Shown one piece after another: positions 1 to 10,217 of a stretch of 64,000 nt of DNA. The DNA lies in assembly GCA_038329785.1 (NCBI GenBank), contig JBBQNI010000011.1, positions 2,518 through 66,517 on the forward strand. The letters run 5' to 3'. The notes under the pieces are model-generated. The model did no database searches, had not been told where the DNA came from, and saw only the letters and a list, made by a program, of their open reading frames with translations. The position numbers and the translations under genes are program-made. Position 1 is the first letter of the stretch. The number at the start of each line of letters is the position of its first letter. This DNA is from Anaerolineales bacterium (GTDB taxonomy: Bacteria; Chloroflexota; Anaerolineae; Anaerolineales; Anaerolineaceae).

Positions 1-239
1 GAGATCATCATAAATCGGTAAATGCGCTGGTAAGAAGCCATATCCTTACTCAAAGCAACGGATGCCGAGAGCAACATGATGATGGGCGCTTCAATAATTA
101 ACGATATAGGAAAGACAACACCCCCATGGGTCGCCAGGCTGATTTCCGGATGCGCCAGACGCGCCATAACGGCGGTAATGGCTGGCATTTCAATTCCCAT
201 CAGCAGCCAGGATGCGGCCAGAGGCAGCCAGGTGCGCAT
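1..239 (-). CDS. N-terminal fragment of a polytopic membrane protein, possibly a MATE/MOP-superfamily transporter (runs off the window edge)
   Basis: Reading the reverse complement from ATG at 239 gives MRTWLPLAASWLLMGIEMPAITAVMARLAHPEISLATHGGVVFPISLIIEAPIIMLLSASVALSKD..., open to position 1. It is hydrophobic and helix-rich. It is absent from the ORF track because it has no stop in the window. The listed + ORF 76..312 is its antisense shadow. Confidence 0.35.
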   Translation of the reverse strand, partial: MRTWLPLAASWLLMGIEMPAITAVMARLAHPEISLATHGGVVFPISLIIEAPIIMLLSASVALSKDMASYQRIYRFMMI

Positions 240-409
240 AATTTTCCGGGTTTGCGGGCTTATTCTCGGTTCCCTTTTGGCAAGCTTCTTCAATAACCCT
301 CTGATCTTGTAAATACTCACGCTAGTATAGCATTGAATGGACAGCATCACGATAATTCTGCACTTTCATGCTACAATTTTTCTACTACTTAAATCAGGAA
401 GGAAATCAA

Positions 410-925
410 ATGACCTCTAAACAATGGGCAAGCGCGCCACCAATGAAGATCGACCCTAAAAAGAAGTACTCTGCTACCTTGAAAACCGACAAGGGTGATA
501 TCGTCGTCAATTTATTTGCGGATGAAGCTCCAATAACTGTAAATAATTTCATCTTTTTAGCCCGTGAAGGCTATTACGATGACACTATTTTTCATCGCGT
601 GATCAACGATTTCATGGTACAGGGCGGAGACCCAACTGGCACTGGTATGGGCGGTCCCGGCTATAAATTTTCAGACGAATTCCATCCCAGTCTGAAACAC
701 GACAAGCCAGGCATACTTTCAATGGCAAACGCCGGCCCGGGAACCAATGGTTCTCAGTTCTTTATCACCCATGTGCCAACACCATGGCTTGACCGAAAAC
801 ACTCAATATTTGGAGAAATTAGCGAGGGTCTGGATGTCTTATTCTCCATCCCGGCCAGAGACCCCAATTCGCGTAACGCAGCGGCAGTTCAATTGAAGTC
901 AATCGAAATCAGCGAAGGCGATTAA
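410..925 (+). CDS. ppiB: Peptidyl-prolyl cis-trans isomerase, cyclophilin type
   Basis: Cyclophilin blocks [35 protein letters not shown] and HSIFGEI. No signal peptide. I moved the start from track position 368 to ATG 410, which follows a GGAAGGAAA purine run. Confidence 0.92.
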   Translation: MTSKQWASAPPMKIDPKKKYSATLKTDKGDIVVNLFADEAPITVNNFIFLAREGYYDDTIFHRVINDFMVQGGDPTGTGMGGPGYKFSDEFHPSLKHDKPGILSMANAGPGTNGSQFFITHVPTPWLDRKHSIFGEISEGLDVLFSIPARDPNSRNAAAVQLKSIEISEGD

Positions 926-1008
926 GTCAATTAGTCAGTTTCATTTATGAACTTTATAGCCCAAAGGAACGTAGTATCGGTATATTTGATCAGGATAATA
1001 AACTATCA

Positions 1009-1059
1009 CGAATAATCTAGAAGGGAGCGGCGACTAACCGCTCCCTTCTAGATTATTCG
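1009..1059. repeat. Perfect 22-bp inverted repeat with a 7-nt loop (long hairpin)
   Basis: CGAATAATCTAGAAGGGAGCGG (1009-1030), loop CGACTAA, CCGCTCCCTTCTAGATTATTCG (1038-1059); checked base by base. It lies 83 nt after the ppiB stop (first base at +84) and is not followed by a T-run. Confidence 0.9.
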
Positions 1060-1226
1060 AACCTGCAGATCAATTGAGGAATGAGTATTGCAACGTTCAT
1101 TTAATGCTCGTTGCAGTAATACAGATCTTCATTTGCCGTTCGTTCGTTTTCTGTAGAGATTTGCGCTAAAATAGATACAATCCTCCACTATATATTGGAA
1201 TGTAATCATAAGGGCTTGGGGTTTAT

Positions 1227-3605
1227 ATGGAATTATTCTTAACACCCGCGTCGATAAGCTTTATTACGCAGACAATTTTATTTTTAGGCATCACAATCTA
1301 TCTGGTCATCATTCGAACGCATACCAGGGCTAATTACTGGTTGGCAGGGTTCTATACTGTCATGGTGGCTTCGAGCCTGGCTGGTTTTTTGGCTGTCTCC
1401 AGTTTGGAATGGTACGACCTGGCCATGGCTGTAGAGAATACCCTCATTGTCATTGCGCTGCAGCTCCTGATTCAGTTTGCGTACACTTTTCCAGAGATTG
1501 ACCCTGCCAAAAGAAAGCAGGCCAGGGTTATTCTTTTCCTTTCACTTGCAATCAGTGTTTTGGCAATTATCAGCGTCATTTTTTATGTAATCCGCATTGA
1601 GATTGGTGCTTTCCATGAGGTTTTACCCATCATCTTTAAAAGCATTCAGATATTAATGCTGGTTTGGATCATCTACCTGTTTCTATCTTTGACTCTGCAA
1701 CCAACGCAAAATACCAAAGGCACTTCCGCCAAAACCAGGTTTATTCAGCCACAGGGACGAGTAGCCAGAGCAGCCAGAGGATTCTTTCTGGCATCGACCG
1801 GTCTGTTACTTTTCTGGATTGCGAGCACGGTTCTGGAGATTTTTGGCCAGGTTTCAGTTGCCTTCTATATCTTTTCTCTAGGTACCAGCTGGGCACTGAC
1901 CATTTTTATTTTTACATTGATAAACCAAACCACCCGTAAAGCATCTTTTTTGATTAAATTAATCGGGATTGTTATGCTGACCGTCTTCACCGGGATCGGT
2001 GTGGCGGCCTGGTTGGCAGCACCGGTCAGTCAGGCTAACTATCACGCTTCGTATGCAATCCCCGACAAGCAAACGATAAGATTCGAGCAAACCAACGCAA
2101 CCTACACCATTTCGCAGAGCGAGTATATATTCGATGCCGAATTAGGACGCAAATTGGTCTTCAGTGACGGACAAACGGTCACGTCCGAGAATCTCTTAAC
2201 CAGCTTTCCATTTGCCGGAGTAAACTGGTCGTCAGTTCAGATAGACAGGCGCGGTTACGCACTCTTCGATGAGAATCCTTTGCAGGAAATTCAACTTACG
2301 CTACCCCACCAACCACAACCCATTATTGCCGCGCTTTTTCTAAAGAATCTTAATTTGTCGGATAATAATGCCGTCTTCGCTCACCTGACCGATGAAAAAT
2401 CTGTGTTTACCTGGTTCCTGGTTTCACCCCTGGACGACCCCGACGCCACCGTCACTGCCCAATTAAGTCTCTTTCCAGATGGTTCCTTTGATATCAGCTA
2501 TGCCGGTATTCGTTCCAATTTTCGATACAGTCCCTACTTGCCGATTGGGCTGCAGCAGATCAGCGGTTTTTTCCTCGGTGAAAACGACCAGACTCCCAGC
2601 CGGATTCAATTTAATACACAGCTGCCATACACCAGCCAGACATGGAGCGGCGTTTACCAGGATTATTACATTGATTTCCGGAGTGTCTTACATCAAAGTA
2701 TGTTGATGCAGTTGTACGGATTGCTGCTGGTCACACTGGTATCCATTCTGATTTTTCCCATCTTTTTACAGAACAGCCTGTGGACCCCAATCAAAGCGCT
2801 GCGCAGTGGAATTCAGCAAGTGATGCAGGGTGATTTCGAAACGTCACTCGAACCGCGCTACAATGATGAGATCGGTCAAACATTGCTTGACTTCAATAAA
2901 ATGGTCACCCACCTCGACCTTCAGAAACAGCAACAGCAAAACCACGTTCATGAATTGGAAGAAAAACTGACGCATCGTGCGGCTGATCTAAAGGTTTCGA
3001 TCGAAAAATTGACACAAGAAATCGAAGCCCGCAAAAAACTGACTGCGGCACTTGAGAAAACCGTCAACCAGCACAAAAAACTTGCTGTTAGCGATGAATT
3101 GACCGGTGTATTTAACCGCGCTCACCTGGTCAGCATCTGTGATGACGAAATCAAGCGCGCCAAACGTTACAATACCCCTCTCTCCTTTATTTTAATGGAT
3201 CCCGATTACTTAAGAATGATCAACGAAACTTATGGAAATACAACCGGTGATGAAGTGCTGAAATCGCTGGCGCAGTTCGTAAATCAGAAATTGCGTGAAA
3301 CAGATTCCCTCGGTCGAATCGGTGGAGAGGAATTCGCGATCATTCTGCCTCAGACTACAGGTTCGGACGCTCTGATTGCTGCTAATCGTCTCCGAAATTT
3401 AATTGGCAGCCAGATGATGGAAACCAACAAAGGGCCAATTCGTATTTCTGCCAGCTTCGGTGTGGTAGAGATGCCCACGGAGGGGATCATTTCGGTCGAT
3501 ATATTCTTGCATCGTGCCAATCAGGCAGTCGATCAGGCCAAACAAGCAGGTCGCAATACGGCCGTATTATGGACTTCTCAGCTGGAAAAACGTCCCAAGT
3601 CCTAA
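1227..3605 (+). CDS. Membrane-bound diguanylate cyclase (multi-TM sensor, extracytoplasmic domain, HAMP, coiled coil, GGDEF)
   Basis: The N-terminal ~260 aa are hydrophobic helices, followed by a ~250-aa soluble segment and a further TM (LYGLLLVTLVSILIFPIFL). Then come a HAMP-like stretch, a Q-rich coiled coil and a GGDEF domain with GGEEF. An RETD I-site lies 5 residues upstream (LRETDSLGRIGGEEF). Confidence 0.9.
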   Translation: MELFLTPASISFITQTILFLGITIYLVIIRTHTRANYWLAGFYTVMVASSLAGFLAVSSLEWYDLAMAVENTLIVIALQLLIQFAYTFPEIDPAKRKQARVILFLSLAISVLAIISVIFYVIRIEIGAFHEVLPIIFKSIQILMLVWIIYLFLSLTLQPTQNTKGTSAKTRFIQPQGRVARAARGFFLASTGLLLFWIASTVLEIFGQVSVAFYIFSLGTSWALTIFIFTLINQTTRKASFLIKLIGIVMLTVFTGIGVAAWLAAPVSQANYHASYAIPDKQTIRFEQTNATYTISQSEYIFDAELGRKLVFSDGQTVTSENLLTSFPFAGVNWSSVQIDRRGYALFDENPLQEIQLTLPHQPQPIIAALFLKNLNLSDNNAVFAHLTDEKSVFTWFLVSPLDDPDATVTAQLSLFPDGSFDISYAGIRSNFRYSPYLPIGLQQISGFFLGENDQTPSRIQFNTQLPYTSQTWSGVYQDYYIDFRSVLHQSMLMQLYGLLLVTLVSILIFPIFLQNSLWTPIKALRSGIQQVMQGDFETSLEPRYNDEIGQTLLDFNKMVTHLDLQKQQQQNHVHELEEKLTHRAADLKVSIEKLTQEIEARKKLTAALEKTVNQHKKLAVSDELTGVFNRAHLVSICDDEIKRAKRYNTPLSFILMDPDYLRMINETYGNTTGDEVLKSLAQFVNQKLRETDSLGRIGGEEFAIILPQTTGSDALIAANRLRNLIGSQMMETNKGPIRISASFGVVEMPTEGIISVDIFLHRANQAVDQAKQAGRNTAVLWTSQLEKRPKS

Positions 3606-3614
3606 GGAGGGTCA

Positions 3615-3962
3615 ATGGATGAGCGTTTCTGGAACTTTTTAAACAAGTTAATTGAGACGCATCCAATCGTAATCGACAGACCAGCCGGCAGCCATCACCC
3701 TGATTTTCCTGATTTGATCTACCCCCTCGATTATGGCTTTCTGGAAGGCACCCATTCGATGGATGGAGCCGGCATAGATGTCGGGGTGGGAACAACCGCT
3801 CAGAAAGCTTTATCCGGCATACTTTGTACAATCGACCTCAACAAAAACGATTCTGAAATTAAAATTATTCTCAACTGCGATGCCAGAGAAGCACGGAGTC
3901 TTTTGAAATTTCACAACTCATTTTCTCAGGCTGCCATCTGGATAGCAAGACCAAACTTATAA
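3615..3962 (+). CDS. Truncated inorganic-pyrophosphatase-like protein (115 aa)
   Basis: The core IYPLDYGFLEGTHSMDGAGIDVGVGT aligns with the family I PPase core as I remember it for E. coli Ppa ([26 protein letters not shown]). AAGGAGGG Shine-Dalgarno 5 nt before the ATG. Starts 10 nt after the cyclase stop. Confidence 0.6.
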   Translation: MDERFWNFLNKLIETHPIVIDRPAGSHHPDFPDLIYPLDYGFLEGTHSMDGAGIDVGVGTTAQKALSGILCTIDLNKNDSEIKIILNCDAREARSLLKFHNSFSQAAIWIARPNL

Positions 3963-4183
3963 CAACGTCTTTTCAACTTGCGATTTTTCCATAAAATGAC
4001 TTATTGACACATAGATGAATGGAGAAATAATCATTTTTCGGAGAGCTTTCATCCTAGCCGGGTAGAAAACCTACCACAAATCTACCCCATGGGATGAATT
4101 CATGCAAACCTTTAAAATTTATTTGCGAATGGAAATCTACAGGTTTTTGATTATTTAATGCGATTTACGGCTCAATCATCAAT

Positions 4184-4753
4184 TTGAGCCAAATAGACAG
4201 TTTTTTCACAGTCAATGGAGGTCTTGCCAGCTTGGATCTTAAAATCATCAAACCAAATAAACTACTTGAAGCAGATTTTCGAGCTGCCATCAGCGAATTC
4301 CGCGAAATTGGTGAGGATCAAATTGAATCTGCCTTTGCGCGCAGCGGCTACAATTTTGACACGTATTTACAAATGACCCGACAGGCTGAGGCGGGATTTG
4401 CATTGCCACAGGGATTTGTTCCCTACACTACCTACTGGTCCGTGTTAAATGACGAACGCGTGATCGGGTTCTGTAACTTCCGCCATTACCTTACCAATCC
4501 TTTGATGGTTGAGGGGGGACATATTGGTTACAGCATCCGCCCCGGTGAACGCAAAAAAGGTTATGGAAACCGGCAGTTAGCTTTACTGCTGGAAGCCTGC
4601 CGCTGGATGGCTTATGAAAAGGTGATGCTGACCTGTGATTATGACAATCTTGCATCCAATAAGATTATTGAAGCAAATGGCGGTGTTCGCAGCGGAGAAG
4701 CCATTTCGCCGCGCTCACATAAAAAAGTGTTGCATTATTGGATTGACCTGTAG
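4184..4753 (+). CDS. GNAT family N-acetyltransferase
   Basis: Acetyl-CoA binding region GHIGYSIRPGERKKGYGNRQLALLLEACRWMAYEKVMLTCDYDNLASNKIIEANGG. The track start is a TTG and the true start is uncertain (another in-frame TTG lies near LASLDL). Confidence 0.8.
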   Translation: MSQIDSFFTVNGGLASLDLKIIKPNKLLEADFRAAISEFREIGEDQIESAFARSGYNFDTYLQMTRQAEAGFALPQGFVPYTTYWSVLNDERVIGFCNFRHYLTNPLMVEGGHIGYSIRPGERKKGYGNRQLALLLEACRWMAYEKVMLTCDYDNLASNKIIEANGGVRSGEAISPRSHKKVLHYWIDL

Positions 4754-5030
4754 AAAATATCGAGGATGTGAACGCCATTCAATTCCCAGAATTGATTCCA
4801 ATCTATCAAAACCTATCCATTTCCACTCCAGAAAGTGGCAATCTTGCACCTTTATTTGAAAACTGGTGTTTAACTATTTACAATGAAATGGTATTTATCA
4901 TTTCAAATATAAATGGCTGGTTATTTTTCAATTTAGCACAGGCTGCCTAAAAAACATCTTAACCTTTTTCTTTTGAATGATACAAGACCAAAAACCAACC
5001 AAATAGTATAAACAGACCGGAGGCTGCTTT

Positions 5031-5468
5031 ATGATCACTGCACAAAATATTTTAGAAATCAAGGGGAAAGATGTCTGGTCAATATCACCGGAGGACTCGG
5101 TCTATGACGCTCTTCGATTAATGGCCCGCGTGGATTGTGGTGCTTTGCTGGTAATGGAAAACGACAATCTGGTAGGCATGATCTCGGAACGTGATTATGC
5201 GCGTAAGGTTATCCTGTTTGGAAAAACATCAAAAGAGACGCTGGTCAGGGAAATTATGACCGAAAAAGTAATCTCCATACATCCAATGCAAATCTGTGAA
5301 GAGTGCATGCAGATGATGACCCGCAATAAAATCCGCCATCTGCCAGTGGTGAATGAAGGCAAAGTTCTGGGAGTTATTTCCATTGGTGATGTTGTCAAAC
5401 ATATCATGCATAAGCAAAAGGAAAAAATTCGCGATCTGACCGACCGCGTTTACCAATCGGATTCCTGA
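5031..5468 (+). CDS. CBS domain pair protein
   Basis: Two CBS motifs (VWSISPEDSVYDALRLMARVDCGALLVMEND.LVGMISERD and VISIHPMQICEECMQMMTRNKIRHLPVVNEGKVLGVISIGD). GGAGG Shine-Dalgarno before the ATG. Confidence 0.9.
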   Translation: MITAQNILEIKGKDVWSISPEDSVYDALRLMARVDCGALLVMENDNLVGMISERDYARKVILFGKTSKETLVREIMTEKVISIHPMQICEECMQMMTRNKIRHLPVVNEGKVLGVISIGDVVKHIMHKQKEKIRDLTDRVYQSDS

Positions 5469-5485
5469 TAAATTTTTGAAAACCA

Positions 5486-5533
5486 GCACCCCTGCCATGA
5501 CCTTTTATTGGCCGGGGTGTTCTTTTATTTTTC
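5486..5533. terminator. Shared hairpin terminator between convergent CBS gene and gnd
   Basis: CACCCCTGCC (5487-5496) pairs with GGCCGGGGTG (5510-5519), including one G-U pair. A T-rich run TTCTTTTATTTTT follows. Confidence 0.6.
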
Positions 5534-6967
5534 CAGCATGGTATCGTCCGCAACCCAATCCGTGTGGAAACTGCCAACCCGATCGAGACGGCGATATGTA
5601 TGGGCACCAAAATAATCACGCTGAGCTTGTGTAAGGTTGGCAGGCAATCGCTCGCTGCGATAGGCATCGAAATAAGCCAAAGCTGAAGATAATGCCAAAA
5701 CCGGAATGCCGTGATCAATCGCTAATTTCACGACCTTACGCCAATTCGCTTGCGAGGATTCAATAGTTTTGGTGAAGGCAGGGTCAAGCATCAGGTTAGC
5801 AAGCTGAGGATTAGCCTGATAAGACGACATGATGTCATTTAGCAAGCGTGCGCGTATAATACAACCTGCCCGCCAAATTTTGGCAATCTGCGCTATTTTT
5901 AGATCGTATTGGTATTCACGGGAAGCAATCTGCAGCATATCCAATCCCTGGGCGTATGCTGCAATTTTACTGGCGAGTAAGGCGTCATGTGCGGCCTGAA
6001 CCAGCGCCTCTAGATCGGCTTCGGGAAGGTTTAGACCCGGTCCATGCAGAATTTTACTGGCTGTAATCCGCTCGGTTTTTAATCCTGAGATAATACGGCT
6101 TTCAACAGATGCATTGATGGTGGGAATGGGTGCACCAATATCCAGGCCATTCTGGCTTGTCCACTTTCCCGTTCCTTTTTGCTGGGCTTCATCTAGAATC
6201 AAATCAAGCATGTCCATTCCGGTGAGCACATCCTTTTGTTGAAATATTCGTGCGGTAATTTCAACCAGATAGCTTTGTAATGGACCCTGATTCCATTCAT
6301 TGAATATTTCCGCCAACTTAGAATTGTCCAGACCCAACCCGCGATGAAGAAAATCATAGATCTCTGCGATTAACTGCATATCAGCATATTCAATCCCATT
6401 ATGAACCATTTTGACGTAATGCCCGGCCCCACGCGGTCCAATATGGGTGACACAGGGCGATCCATCGGGTGCTTTCGCAGCAATGGCTTCGAGAATCGGT
6501 TGGAGTGCCAGCCAGGCTTCCTGGGATCCCCCGGGCATCAAGCTCGGACCCCATAAAGCCCCCTCTTCACCTCCGGAAATGCCCATCCCAACAAAATTAA
6601 GACCTTCTGCAGCCAGTTCAATACTTCTTCTTTCGGTATCCTGGAAATATGAATTGCCACCATCGATCAGAATATCGCCGGCATCCATCAGATCTTTTAA
6701 TCCGGCAATAGCCAGGTCAACAGGGTTGCCGGCCGGGACCATTAAAAGAATTCGACGAGGCTTCTCCAGCACTGCCATCAGTTCAATTGGCGAGTCAACC
6801 TTGAAAATAGCCTTATCAACGGCGCTTTTGTTTAGAAAATGTTCTACCTTGGCGGTATCCAGATCGTATCCAGCCACAGCGAATCCATTTCGTTCCATGT
6901 TGAGGGCTAAACTTTGTCCCATTACCCCTAAACCAACAATACCAATCTGTGCTTTTTTCATCATCAA
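5525..6967 (-). CDS. gnd: 6-phosphogluconate dehydrogenase, decarboxylating
   Basis: N-terminal Rossmann motif IGIVGLGVMGQSLALNMERNGF. Family-typical length of 480 aa. Conserved blocks GGNSYFQDT, GISGGEEGA, HNGIEYADMQLI and TGKWT. Confidence 0.95.
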   Translation of the reverse strand: MMMKKAQIGIVGLGVMGQSLALNMERNGFAVAGYDLDTAKVEHFLNKSAVDKAIFKVDSPIELMAVLEKPRRILLMVPAGNPVDLAIAGLKDLMDAGDILIDGGNSYFQDTERRSIELAAEGLNFVGMGISGGEEGALWGPSLMPGGSQEAWLALQPILEAIAAKAPDGSPCVTHIGPRGAGHYVKMVHNGIEYADMQLIAEIYDFLHRGLGLDNSKLAEIFNEWNQGPLQSYLVEITARIFQQKDVLTGMDMLDLILDEAQQKGTGKWTSQNGLDIGAPIPTINASVESRIISGLKTERITASKILHGPGLNLPEADLEALVQAAHDALLASKIAAYAQGLDMLQIASREYQYDLKIAQIAKIWRAGCIIRARLLNDIMSSYQANPQLANLMLDPAFTKTIESSQANWRKVVKLAIDHGIPVLALSSALAYFDAYRSERLPANLTQAQRDYFGAHTYRRLDRVGSFHTDWVADDTMLEK

Positions 6968-7310
6968 TCCTTCATTCCATGATTTTTCGAGACCCTTTGC
7001 ATAATTTGCAATTAGTTTTTGTATATTCAGTAACAGAAAGGGACGATCTATGAGATCGTCATCATCTCTGGCAGATGCCTCCCTTGATTATATGAGCATT
7101 TTGAGTCATTAACGAGAAAATTGAGAAGAATTAAACAAAAAATTTGATCAATGGATGCGTGGATGAATGATTGTGTGCAGATCTAAAGTGGATAGGCTGG
7201 GTTTGCCAAAAAGTTACTCGCGAAACATTACTGGCCAAAAACTTTACAGTCTCTCGTAAGCCATACTATAATAAAAATGCTCTTTCCACTTCAGATCGCA
7301 GGAGGTAGGC

Positions 7311-8975
7311 ATGTCTGGCCCAAGATCGGTAAAAGCACCACGCGGAACGCAGTTAACTTGTAAATCCTGGTTGACCGAGGCAGCCTTTCGGATGATCCAA
7401 AACAATTTAGACCCGGAAGTTGCCGAGCGCCCTGATGATTTGGTCGTGTATGGCGGACGAGGGCAAGCTGCCAGAAATTGGGAATCTTTTGATGCCATCC
7501 TGGAGACACTCAAAAACCTGGAAGATGATCAAACACTGCTGGTACAATCCGGAAAACCCGTTGCAGTTTTTCAGTCGCATGTGGACGCCCCGCGCGTATT
7601 AATTGCCAATTCCAACCTGGTGCCCCACTGGGCTACTCAGGAACACTTCGATGATCTGGCTGCGAAAGGCCTGATCATGTTCGGGCAAATGACTGCTGGC
7701 TCCTGGATTTATATCGGCACCCAGGGCATCTTGCAAGGCACCTATGAAACGTTGGGTGCGCTTGCCAGGAAAAAAGGTTGGGATTCTCTGCGCGGTAAAT
7801 TTGTATTGACCGCCGGCCTGGGTGGCATGGGGGGTGCGCAACCTCTGGCGATCACGATGAATGAAGGTGTCGGCCTTTGCGTGGAAGTCGACCCCCAACG
7901 AGCGTTACGCCGGAAGGAAATCGGCTATGTTGACATCGTTGTCGATACACTTGAGGAAGCAATGACGCTGGTCGAAGAGGCATTGGCTGAGCCAAAACCA
8001 CTATCCATTGGTTTGATTGGCAATGCAGCCGAAATTTACCCTGAACTGGTGATACGCGGGATCACTCCGGATGTTGTTACCGATCAAACATCAGCCCACG
8101 ATGTACACATGTATATCCCTCATGGTCTGAACATCGAAGCAGCTGATTTGCTCCGTAAGAATGACCCACAAGAATATGCAAAGCGCGCGATGCAATCCAT
8201 GGCCGCTCACGTTCAAGCAATGCTGGTAATGCAGCAGCGCGGAGCGGAAGTATTCGATTATGGTAACAATCTACGCCAAAGGGCATTTGATGCCGGTGTC
8301 AAAAATGCTTTCGATTTTCCCGGATTTGTGCCAGCTTATATTAGGCCGCTCTTCTGTGAAGGAAAAGGTCCTTTCCGTTGGGTTGCACTCTCGGGTGATG
8401 AAGAAGATATTTACCGAACGGATGAGGCTATCGCGCAGTTATTTCCTGAAGACCTTCACCTCCAGCGTTGGTTAAAATTGGCGCGTGAAAAGGTTCCATT
8501 CCAAGGTCTGCCCTCGCGTATCTGCTGGCTGGGGTACGGTGAGCGCTTGAAAGCAGGTTTGAAGTTTAACCAGATGGTGGCTGATGGTATTGTTAAAGCG
8601 CCGATCGTAATCGGCCGTGACCATCTCGATGCCGGATCTGTCGCCTCGCCCAACCGGGAAACTGAAAGCATGCTCGATGGAACGGATGCTGTCAGCGATT
8701 GGCCTTTGCTTAATCTGATGATCAACGCGGTTGGTGGTGCTACATGGGTCTCTTTCCATCATGGCGGAGGTGTGGGTATCGGCTTCAGTCAACATGCCGG
8801 CATGGTGATTGTGGCTGACGGAAGTGAGGCTGCAGCCGCCCGGTTAACCAGGGTGCTGACCAGTGACCCCGGGATGGGTATAGTAAGACACGCAGATGCA
8901 GGCTATAATCAAGCTATTGATGCCGCCAGGCGGCATGGCATTCAAATGCCAATGTTGAAAGGGAACATCAAATAA
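7311..8975 (+). CDS. hutU: Urocanate hydratase
   Basis: Full-length urocanase-like sequence (554 aa) with blocks [64 protein letters not shown] Shine-Dalgarno. Confidence 0.95.
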   Translation: MSGPRSVKAPRGTQLTCKSWLTEAAFRMIQNNLDPEVAERPDDLVVYGGRGQAARNWESFDAILETLKNLEDDQTLLVQSGKPVAVFQSHVDAPRVLIANSNLVPHWATQEHFDDLAAKGLIMFGQMTAGSWIYIGTQGILQGTYETLGALARKKGWDSLRGKFVLTAGLGGMGGAQPLAITMNEGVGLCVEVDPQRALRRKEIGYVDIVVDTLEEAMTLVEEALAEPKPLSIGLIGNAAEIYPELVIRGITPDVVTDQTSAHDVHMYIPHGLNIEAADLLRKNDPQEYAKRAMQSMAAHVQAMLVMQQRGAEVFDYGNNLRQRAFDAGVKNAFDFPGFVPAYIRPLFCEGKGPFRWVALSGDEEDIYRTDEAIAQLFPEDLHLQRWLKLAREKVPFQGLPSRICWLGYGERLKAGLKFNQMVADGIVKAPIVIGRDHLDAGSVASPNRETESMLDGTDAVSDWPLLNLMINAVGGATWVSFHHGGGVGIGFSQHAGMVIVADGSEAAAARLTRVLTSDPGMGIVRHADAGYNQAIDAARRHGIQMPMLKGNIK

Positions 8976-9001
8976 ACCGCAAACTACGTTTTTTCTGGTT
9001 C

Positions 9002-9349
9002 TTGGTTACAATCGCCATCGGGGCTCTGATTGGTATTTATTTTGGTTGGGTTTACACCCCGCAAGGTATCACCAACTCCCCACTTGCGTCATTAAGAAGT
9101 GATTACCATACTGATTACGTACTTATGGTGGCGGAAACTTACCAATACAACTCGAGCACAACCCTGGCAACCTATCAATTGGCATATCTTGGAGCCGAAG
9201 AACCTTTACGCTATGTTCAGCAGGCGATCATAAACGCCGAAGATCTCAATTTTTCAGCCGAGGATATCGCCATTCTTGCAGATCTGGCTGGGGCTTTTCA
9301 GGCTTCCCCAGTCACAACCATTACTCCGGCTGCGACGGTGACACCGTGA
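9002..9349 (+). CDS. Hypothetical single-pass membrane protein
   Basis: TM helix at the N-terminus. The reading frame stays open upstream to about 8942 and encodes NRKLRFFWF in front of the TTG chosen by the track, so the true start may be non-canonical. The stop overlaps the next ORF (GTGA). Confidence 0.55.
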   Translation: MVTIAIGALIGIYFGWVYTPQGITNSPLASLRSDYHTDYVLMVAETYQYNSSTTLATYQLAYLGAEEPLRYVQQAIINAEDLNFSAEDIAILADLAGAFQASPVTTITPAATVTP

Positions 9350-10212
9350 ACTCACGCTACCGCCAGGAGCGCTATCACCCACCTTACTATTTGCTGACTG
9401 GTTTAATTGTGGGGCTGCTATTAGGGTTTGGCATCAGTTTTCTAATTTTTCCTGTTCAATACACGAATGTCCCACCTGAAACATTGCAGAGTGTCGATAA
9501 GGATCAATACCGATTGATGATTGCCTCTGCTTATCAGGCAAACAATGATATCGGTCGGGCGCAGGCTCGCCTTGGAATTCTACGCGAAGAAAATGTATCC
9601 GGTTTACTTTTACAGCAAGCCCAGCGCAGTGAACGGCGCAGCGATGCCCAGCTCTTATTGAAACTTTCTCAGGCTTTAGAAAAAGCACCGGAACTTGTGG
9701 AAACAACTGCGCCGATAATGCAAGCTACCATCACTCTCAATCAGGCACAAGCAACAACACCAACAATCAGCGAAAACCAGCCAACTGATCAATCCGTTCG
9801 AACAGCCACATCAGAAGCAACCCTCCCGGTAGCTACCCGCACGCCTTTCCCGTCTCCTTCGGCTGTATCCAGTCTCAATATTCCCTTTCGGCTGGTTGAA
9901 CAGAAAACGGTTTGTAACCCTTCTTACACAGCCACATTGATTCAGGTGGAAGTGGTTGATAAAAAAGAAAAGCCCATCAGCAATGTGCGTATCTTCGTTA
10001 GTTGGGATGGCGGACAAGATATTTTCTATACCGGTTTCTTTCCTGAAATCAGTATCGGCTATGCCGATTTCAGCATGAACCCGCAAGAAAGCTACAGTGT
10101 CCGGGTTGGTGAAATAGGTGAAGTCGTCCAGAACATCAGCGCGCCTGAATGTCAGGATGAAAACGGAAAGAACTATTGGGGCAGTATTTCGTTATTGTTT
10201 GCTGAACCCTAA
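9346..10212 (+). CDS. Hypothetical membrane-anchored protein with a Thr/Pro-rich linker and a C-terminal globular domain
   Basis: GTG start overlapping the upstream stop. TM helix YYLLTGLIVGLLLGFGISFLIF, a T/P/S-rich spacer, and a C-terminal ~110 aa with two Cys. Confidence 0.6.
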   Translation: MNSRYRQERYHPPYYLLTGLIVGLLLGFGISFLIFPVQYTNVPPETLQSVDKDQYRLMIASAYQANNDIGRAQARLGILREENVSGLLLQQAQRSERRSDAQLLLKLSQALEKAPELVETTAPIMQATITLNQAQATTPTISENQPTDQSVRTATSEATLPVATRTPFPSPSAVSSLNIPFRLVEQKTVCNPSYTATLIQVEVVDKKEKPISNVRIFVSWDGGQDIFYTGFFPEISIGYADFSMNPQESYSVRVGEIGEVVQNISAPECQDENGKNYWGSISLLFAEP

Positions 10213-10217
10213 AGCTT

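Noticed and set aside
76-312. Plus-strand 78-aa ORF at the window start
   Set aside because: It is antisense to a more convincing minus-strand membrane-protein N-terminus (ATG at 239, open to the window edge). It has no recognisable motif and odd composition.
4027-4183. ~150-nt leader after a TTGACA-N16-AATAAT promoter-like site upstream of the GNAT gene, considered as a riboswitch
   Set aside because: I recognise no conserved riboswitch core, and only a short GGTAG/CTACC hairpin is present. The gene start itself is uncertain.
6447-7004. 185-aa plus-strand ORF inside gnd
   Set aside because: It is wholly antisense to a full-length, motif-rich 6-phosphogluconate dehydrogenase. It is a Ser/Pro/Ala-rich shadow ORF.
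7017-7060. TTGTATATTCAG and the palindrome GACGATCT-ATG-AGATCGTC between gnd and hutU, considered as a HutC/GntR-type operator
   Set aside because: The half-site similarity to remembered HutC boxes is weak, no hutC or other hut genes are in the window, and nothing else supports the call.
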